Assembly: GCA_965226495.1 (NCBI GenBank)
Contig: OZ245365.1
Span: 5,568,001 to 5,632,000 of the forward strand
Source of the DNA: Candidatus Marinacidobacterales bacterium
GTDB taxonomy: Bacteria; Acidobacteriota; Vicinamibacteria; Marinacidobacterales; DATDRI01
Direction: 5' to 3'
DNA length: 64,000 nt
Below the pieces are notes generated by a model. That model saw only the letters and a list, made by a program, of their open reading frames with translations. It had not been told where the DNA came from and did no database searches. This document shows positions 58,193 through 64,000 of this stretch, piece after piece; positions within the stretch are counted from its first letter, which is position 1, and each line of letters begins with the position of its first letter. The position numbers and the translations under genes are program-made.

Positions 58193-59371
58193 TCAAAGGG
58201 CACGGACAAGCAGAAAGAAAGGACCGGTGCGGACCCGCCCAAAAAGAGCAACATCGAGCCTAAGCAGTGCAGTCGCCAAGGCGAGGGGCGCGTGGGTCCA
58301 ACGTCCCACGTTCGGCCTCTCTCCGCTCGTCTCGTCCGCCTCGCCCATGCTACCGGATGACGGTCCTCTCGCTTTCTGACCGCGCCGCCACAGGTTGTGC
58401 TCCACGAGCGGAAGGAAGAGATCTTCGATCACGGCCTTCATCACGACGTTGTAGTATTGGATACTCTCGATACGAAACCCGGACTCGGCAAGGAGGCTCT
58501 CGAGCTGCTCGTAGCTCTTGAGCGCGTTCACGTGATCGGACTTCCGGTCGCGCTCCGGCTTATTGTCCACCAGCCCACGTTGGTCGAGCCACGCGACGAG
58601 ACGATTCACCCCGCGCTGAAACCCAGCCAGGCGCGAGCTCATCATGACGTGAGAGTAGACGAAAAAGAGACCGCCGGGACGTAGAATGCGACGCGTCTCG
58701 GCGAGCATGGCGCGCACGCCGTCCTCCGGCAAGTGCTCCATCACGTCGAGCGAGTAAGCTTTGTCGAAGCTACCGGTGGCGAATGGCAGGCGGCGAATGT
58801 CTCCGCGCGTTAGATCGACCGTGGCCGCCGCTTCAGCGGCGAAGTGCTCTCCCGCATCGATCCCTACCACCTGCGCGCAGCTCGCTCTCTTGAAGAACAC
58901 GACACGACCGTTCCCGCAACCGACATCGACCACGCGGTCCTTCGTCGAAAGTCGGAGCATGCGGGTCATCATATCGGTCTTGATGCGGGCAGACAGAAAG
59001 AGCGGGCGCAGCGGTCCGGGACGATGATGAAACTCTTCTTCGGCATACTGCGTGAGATCCGAAAAGGTCCCCTCCGGCGGCCGCATATCGAGGAAGCCTT
59101 TTTCTTTCGAGAAGGGATACAAGGAGCCGCAACACGCGCAACGCCCGCCGCCCTCTTCGAGTGTCAGGTTCCTCTTCGACACGATACCGTCGGGACATTT
59201 CCAGACCGCAGGATAGTGCGCCAAACATAGAGCGTGGTCAGGCACTTCAAGGACTCGTAAAGCCTCTACCGCCTCGCGGCACGAGCCCCCCATATCGGAT
59301 GACGTGGTGTGTGACGACGCCTCGATGCAAACCGGGCATCGCGCCACCGAGAGTAGGTACTCTGAGATCAT
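58193..59371 (-). CDS. Class I SAM-dependent methyltransferase with Cys-rich N-terminus
   Basis: VDVGCGNG, GD..RLPF...SFD, VMEH, LRPGG; N-terminal CPVC...CACC. Confidence 0.88.
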   Translation of the reverse strand: MISEYLLSVARCPVCIEASSHTTSSDMGGSCREAVEALRVLEVPDHALCLAHYPAVWKCPDGIVSKRNLTLEEGGGRCACCGSLYPFSKEKGFLDMRPPEGTFSDLTQYAEEEFHHRPGPLRPLFLSARIKTDMMTRMLRLSTKDRVVDVGCGNGRVVFFKRASCAQVVGIDAGEHFAAEAAATVDLTRGDIRRLPFATGSFDKAYSLDVMEHLPEDGVRAMLAETRRILRPGGLFFVYSHVMMSSRLAGFQRGVNRLVAWLDQRGLVDNKPERDRKSDHVNALKSYEQLESLLAESGFRIESIQYYNVVMKAVIEDLFLPLVEHNLWRRGQKARGPSSGSMGEADETSGERPNVGRWTHAPLALATALLRLDVALFGRVRTGPFFLLVRAL

Positions 59372-60738
59372 GGCTCTTCCCGCCCACCGCCGGAGAGCTC
59401 TTCCCGCTCCGTGAAGTACCGACCGATTACCGAGACGATGCGGGCGGGCACTTCGTAGACATGGTTATGGAGTACTTCTCTCCAAACGATACGGTCACGA
59501 TTCATTAGCCCGAGTCCAAACTGAATCATCAGCGAGAGGTTCCACACGATGAACAGTCCCACCGCGGCATAGGTGCCAGCTCGCCTGAGAAAAGGACGGA
59601 GAGACTCCATCACGAGCGCACCCCAAACCGCGAAGATGACCGTCGTAGCGACGAAACGGCGGGCGCCGAAAGCTCCCGCCATAGTCCAGGAATCCACCGC
59701 TCCCGAGATGTAAACCTGCGACAGGAAGCTCACCGCAAGCACGAGGCCCGCGCCCACTTCGCGTCGAAAAAGGAGCACCGCCCCCGCGAAAAAAAGCACC
59801 AGCAACGGGCTCCAAAACAAAAGGCCGTGCTCGGTCGAGAACAGCACCTCGAAGAAATGCGGCGAGCTCCAATACATCTTGTTTGCAACGTGCGGCGATG
59901 GAGCGGGACGACCATAAAGGACCTGGTACACGAGTAGCTGCGGCAAGAAAACGAGAAACGCAGAGGCACCGAACGCCAAGACCCTCTTTGCACGGCCAGA
60001 TAAATCCGTCTCGAGGCCCGGCGACAGTGCCGCTACCAACGCTGACACCGCGAACAAACCGTCCTGCTCGCGAACCAATGCCATGAGTCCGGCCGAAACA
60101 CCCCAAAGTGCCCACCGTCCTAACGAACCCTCCGTTGCCCACGGCCATAGGACGAAGAAAAGTGCGACCGCAAAGAGCGACGCCGCATGGCTCATGCCCG
60201 GAGCGATGTACATGTAGAATGCCACGGGAGTCGCCCACCACAATCCCACCACTGCCAGGAAACAAGCTTCCGCATCCGCGTAGCGACGTGCCAACCGGAA
60301 GGAAAGGAGGAGACCTATCGAACCATAGATCGCCGACGCCAATGTCACCGCCCATCGATAAGGACGTGAAAGACCATCGGGCTCGGCCTCGACGCCGAAC
60401 GTGTGTGCCACCGAGGTCCCCACATGAGCCACCAGATAGAACGGCGCCCAAAGCAATGCCGTGCCGATGGGCCCGAAATTGTTTTTGAGCCCGGTGGGGG
60501 TTTCTCGATCGAGAAACGTCTCCTTGAAACCTTCGCGACCTTCGGGATCCTCTAGATAGAAGTATGTGTACTCGTTCGTGAAATCGAGATCCTGATCGAA
60601 GAGGATCGAATGCAGGTAGGAGAAATACTCCACCGCGTCCGATTCCGCGATGCGGGGTGTTACCAGCACCAACGATGCCAGCAGCAAGAGAGCCAGCAGG
60701 ATCTCGGCTTTTTCTTGGAAGGGTCCGAAGGACTTCAA
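59368..60738 (-). CDS. Polytopic GT-C-like glycosyltransferase (ArnT/PMT-like)
   Basis: SD..EY..YL.S..FD.DLDF.NE, G.ALLW.PF, MSH, LVR.Q, GLLFWSP, FGARRF. Confidence 0.72.
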   Translation of the reverse strand: MKSFGPFQEKAEILLALLLLASLVLVTPRIAESDAVEYFSYLHSILFDQDLDFTNEYTYFYLEDPEGREGFKETFLDRETPTGLKNNFGPIGTALLWAPFYLVAHVGTSVAHTFGVEAEPDGLSRPYRWAVTLASAIYGSIGLLLSFRLARRYADAEACFLAVVGLWWATPVAFYMYIAPGMSHAASLFAVALFFVLWPWATEGSLGRWALWGVSAGLMALVREQDGLFAVSALVAALSPGLETDLSGRAKRVLAFGASAFLVFLPQLLVYQVLYGRPAPSPHVANKMYWSSPHFFEVLFSTEHGLLFWSPLLVLFFAGAVLLFRREVGAGLVLAVSFLSQVYISGAVDSWTMAGAFGARRFVATTVIFAVWGALVMESLRPFLRRAGTYAAVGLFIVWNLSLMIQFGLGLMNRDRIVWREVLHNHVYEVPARIVSVIGRYFTEREELSGGGREEP

Positions 60739-60754
60739 GACTCGTGTTTGAACC

Positions 60755-61885
60755 TCAGCCGCCAGCTGCCTGTTTGTAGAGACTCAAATATGTTTCCAAC
60801 GCGGCCTCGGGACGGAATCGCTCCTCGATATGGTGCAAGGTTTCCGCGGTGCAGCGGCGTGGTGCGGAAACAGCGGCCAGGACCTCGCGTGCCAAAGCGC
60901 CCGGGTCGCGCAGCGGAACGAGTTGCACGTCGTCAGGGAACAGCTCCTTCAACTCCGTGCCACCGGGATGCTCCGCGGAAACCACCGGCGTACCGGAGGC
61001 GAGAGATTCCGCTGCCACAGTGGGGAAAGCTTCGAGAACGGACGGCAACACAAAGAGATCCGCCGCCGTGTAATACGCAGGCAACCTTCGATTGTCCACC
61101 TGTCCCAGAAGCTTGACCGCCCGAGCCAACCCTTTCTCCGCGATGAGAGCTTCCAGGTCGGCGCGCGACTCACCCTCGCCGGCAATCCACAGCTGCGCGG
61201 AAGGAAACTTTTTCAGTATCTCCGGCATCCCCTCGATTATGTAACGCTGACCGGCCAGGGGATGGAGTCTCTTGACATTCAAGATCAGAGGACCGGAGTC
61301 GACACCCAGCTCGCGCCGCGTTTTCTCGCGCTCTTCCGTCTCGACAACGCGAAACGCTCGATCCACCGGCGGATAGACTACCGACCGCCTTTCGGGCTCC
61401 ACTCCCAATTCGATTGACCGCTCCAATAGGCGCCGGCTGTAGTAAGTCACATGTGCCGCGTGTCGATTCATCCAAAGGAACGGATCAACCGGCCGCTTCC
61501 GGCGGAAATGCCAGATTTCGGTCCCATAGTGCGTGAGGATAAACGGCCGTCCGCGCCGCGAAGCCAAGGCTGCCGAGACCTGGTTCATGAACGTGTTGCT
61601 ATGCACGTGAACCACGTCTGCCCGCGAGATGGGTTTCCGCGCCTTGAAAAACACTTCCACCGCGGTCGATAGCTGCGAAAGCTTGAGGTTCTTGCTCCAA
61701 CCGTGAGCGGCGGGCCGGTCGATATAGACGACGTCCGAGTTCACCGGCTCTCCGTGTCGAGGTCTAAAAGCCACAAAGCTCACTTGGTGCCCGCGTGCAA
61801 CCAAGCCGTCCCCGAGCAACTGGGGGAGAAGCGCGTTGGCGGCAAGATCAGGTGGCAAGTGGGGCGTCACCATACAGACTCTCAA
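60755..61885 (-). CDS. GT4 glycosyltransferase
   Basis: HVH, THYG.E, NVKRL, EAFPTVAAE; TTG start overlaps the upstream TGA. Confidence 0.9.
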   Translation of the reverse strand: MRVCMVTPHLPPDLAANALLPQLLGDGLVARGHQVSFVAFRPRHGEPVNSDVVYIDRPAAHGWSKNLKLSQLSTAVEVFFKARKPISRADVVHVHSNTFMNQVSAALASRRGRPFILTHYGTEIWHFRRKRPVDPFLWMNRHAAHVTYYSRRLLERSIELGVEPERRSVVYPPVDRAFRVVETEEREKTRRELGVDSGPLILNVKRLHPLAGQRYIIEGMPEILKKFPSAQLWIAGEGESRADLEALIAEKGLARAVKLLGQVDNRRLPAYYTAADLFVLPSVLEAFPTVAAESLASGTPVVSAEHPGGTELKELFPDDVQLVPLRDPGALAREVLAAVSAPRRCTAETLHHIEERFRPEAALETYLSLYKQAAGG

Positions 61886-62835
61886 GCCCGCCCTCCGGCT
61901 ACCCACTCCTGTTGAAACTCCCGGAAGGTCCTTCCCTCGGCGCCCTTCTCGGCTAGAAAACGGAGAAGTGTCGATAGATTCTCATAGAACGTCTCGACGT
62001 CATCTTTCGTGCTGTTGTACGGGCTTCCCCCCGGGATCAATTCACTGGAGTGGAAAATGATATTCGCCACCGGCATCCTGGCTTTCAGAAGGTGATCGGC
62101 GAGCCACAACATGTCCTCGGTCTTCGAATAGGACGGTCGCAGCCATATCGGCCGGACGATACGCAGAAGTCGTAACACTCGACGGAAGGTATAGGCGGGA
62201 GTAAAGTCCGCGTAGGCCGCTTCCAGCCGACGCGGCAGCCTTCGATTGAGAGCACTGGTGATCGGTATCTCTAGGAGCCGACTCGCGCCCGCACGACGCG
62301 GATCCTCACCGCTGACAAAGTAAGGCTCGAGCTGAGCGCCGGCGAACGAGGGACCTCCTTTCGTCCGCTCGTTGAAGAACGGATCGACGCTCGAGTCCAC
62401 CGAATACCCTTCCGCCTCCAGGGCCTCGACGTGGGATCCTGCAAAGCCGTTGCGGCCCGAGCGGTAGGACACCGGAGGCTCGCCCGCCACTTCCCCAACC
62501 GCTTCGGTCAAGGCGCGAAGCTGAGAACGAAATTGCTTGAGATTCAGATTGAGCGGAAAGAGATGGCCGTCGCTTGGCGGGGGTGTCGTCCATGGGTGGT
62601 GGTGAGAGCCGATCTCGCATCGCCCTTCATTGGCAAGGCCCCGCAGAATGGAACAGCTTTCCGGATCCCTGGCCACTTCATAGGTGACGAGATAGGTTGG
62701 TCGAACCCCATACTGATCGCACAATTTCTGTAGCCGCGGAAGCTCGACAATGTTGCGAAGTGTGATGTTGTCACGTCCTGCCGCGCTCCATTGGTCATCG
62801 GCCTCGGTGTCGACGCCGAGCAGAACCCGCGTCAT
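61882..62835 (-). CDS. Polysaccharide deacetylase (WalW-like)
   Basis: VDTE, PTYLV, EIGSHHHPWTTPP, SYRSGR, DSS, FHSSE..PGGSPY. Confidence 0.85.
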   Translation of the reverse strand: MTRVLLGVDTEADDQWSAAGRDNITLRNIVELPRLQKLCDQYGVRPTYLVTYEVARDPESCSILRGLANEGRCEIGSHHHPWTTPPPSDGHLFPLNLNLKQFRSQLRALTEAVGEVAGEPPVSYRSGRNGFAGSHVEALEAEGYSVDSSVDPFFNERTKGGPSFAGAQLEPYFVSGEDPRRAGASRLLEIPITSALNRRLPRRLEAAYADFTPAYTFRRVLRLLRIVRPIWLRPSYSKTEDMLWLADHLLKARMPVANIIFHSSELIPGGSPYNSTKDDVETFYENLSTLLRFLAEKGAEGRTFREFQQEWVAGGRA

Positions 62836-63944
62836 TGGTGTCGATCCTGATCAGAATCCCCGAACACCACATGCCAACGAGAGGTGTCGCGGAAAAAGGA
62901 CTCGCCCGCGTACTGCTTGCGAATCCGCAAACAGAATTGCATGGGGCTCCCGATCTCGAAAAACCCTTTGTAACGAAGTCGCCGCGAAAGCCGTTGATCG
63001 AAAGTGAACGCCTGAAGCCGCGCCACCCGATTCTTTCGTCCCCACTCCGCGGCACGATCGAGTAGTGTGTCCAGCACCGCCCGGTCTTCAGGGTGCGCGA
63101 ACAAGTCTACGACCAGCCCCAGTCGAACACCGCCCGTCTCGGCGGCGCGAAGAACGATGAAGCCCGCTACCTCCCCGTCCCGCAGTGCTTGAAAGATCTC
63201 GTAAGACACATGGGGAGCACGATGGTACTTCCATTCCAGGTAAGTCGCCTTCCGCTCGGCGACGAAATCGAAGCCAGGGGAAGCTTTTTCCCACAGGCGG
63301 TCGAATCCGTCGCCAAACGCCCCTTCGAGCGGCTGCACATCGACCGGCGCTATGGTGGATCGGGAACCGCGAGCCGGAAACGTGGCTCCCAAAAGGGTCT
63401 TGGCAAACGGTGAAACGAGGCGGGCCGGTATGGATCCGATCCGTCGCGCGAGGAGCCTGGCGGGATCGAGAATACGTGTGTAGCAAGGTACAGGACCCAC
63501 GTCATGCCATTGGAGCTTTTGGAAAAGAGTGTAAGACGCGAGCGATAACCCGAGTCCCAAGGACGCTTCGACGTTTTGGTCCCAGTACAAAAACAACCGG
63601 GAGCCCACTCCCTTTCTTTGCAGCGAAGACCGCACCATCACGTCCATGCCCCAGGATGCACGCACGATTTGGTCTTTGACCTTGAGACGGACCGGCATGG
63701 ATGCGTACTGCCCCAGAACCTCTCCACCCTCCTTGCCCTCCTTGGCCACCCAGATCTCGGGCCCCTCGGCTGGGCAATGCGGGTTCTCGTGGTATTGCCA
63801 CTGCCAGCGGCTGCGGTTGAGTCGAGCGGCCTCGGCGCCAAAGACCTCTGCATACATGCGCTCCAGCGCTTCCTCGTCTTCGGGTTGTCGCCGGCCGATG
63901 ACGATCTCGTCGCGAGCGCGGGTAGATCCGTTGCCTGAGCTCAT
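62832..63944 (-). CDS. GNAT-family N-acyltransferase
   Basis: W.WQY.ENP, MDVMV...QRKGVG acetyl-CoA motif, R...YLEWKY, GDSD; ATG at 63944 (ORF track starts at 63968). Confidence 0.8.
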   Translation of the reverse strand: MSSGNGSTRARDEIVIGRRQPEDEEALERMYAEVFGAEAARLNRSRWQWQYHENPHCPAEGPEIWVAKEGKEGGEVLGQYASMPVRLKVKDQIVRASWGMDVMVRSSLQRKGVGSRLFLYWDQNVEASLGLGLSLASYTLFQKLQWHDVGPVPCYTRILDPARLLARRIGSIPARLVSPFAKTLLGATFPARGSRSTIAPVDVQPLEGAFGDGFDRLWEKASPGFDFVAERKATYLEWKYHRAPHVSYEIFQALRDGEVAGFIVLRAAETGGVRLGLVVDLFAHPEDRAVLDTLLDRAAEWGRKNRVARLQAFTFDQRLSRRLRYKGFFEIGSPMQFCLRIRKQYAGESFFRDTSRWHVVFGDSDQDRHQ

Positions 63945-64000
63945 GGTTGAAACAGTGGATGTTAGCACAGCGACCAGAGAGGCCGCATGTAAGCCATGCT

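Overview
GC-rich bacterial chromosomal window. The gene content suggests Acidobacteriota, Vicinamibacteria-like: a duplicated MacB/FtsX 'ADOP' permease, two CRTAC1/ASPIC-UnbV proteins and a fused membrane spermidine-synthase-like gene. This assignment is inference only. About 0.1-23.9 kb is a coherent folate-linked demethylation/C1 cluster. It encodes a Cys/Met PLP enzyme, IclR, an internally deleted metF relic, ccr, an SSS transporter, a serine hydrolase, a DmdA-like aminomethyltransferase, an acyl-CoA ligase, an MFS carrier, DUF1326+DUF2182, a Tat-signal sarcosine-oxidase-like flavoprotein, a Rieske oxygenase, fhs, a second GcvT-like protein and two PYROXD2-like flavoproteins. A shared candidate operator sits in two divergent promoters. 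23.9-44.8 kb holds decayed peptidase genes, secreted/envelope proteins, an unusual FHA-GAF-kinase and an ABC-type ATPase with a histone H1-like tail. 44.8-46.4 kb looks like an integrase-less integron remnant beside tRNA-Arg(ACG). It is followed by iaaA, tRNA-Glu(CTC), a 963-aa orphan and a surface-glycan operon (54.6-64 kb). Many genes carry homopolymer frameshifts, probably long-read consensus errors, so single-base claims need read-level confirmation. No CRISPR array, transposase, integrase or rRNA was seen. All family calls are from motif recognition; no searches were run.
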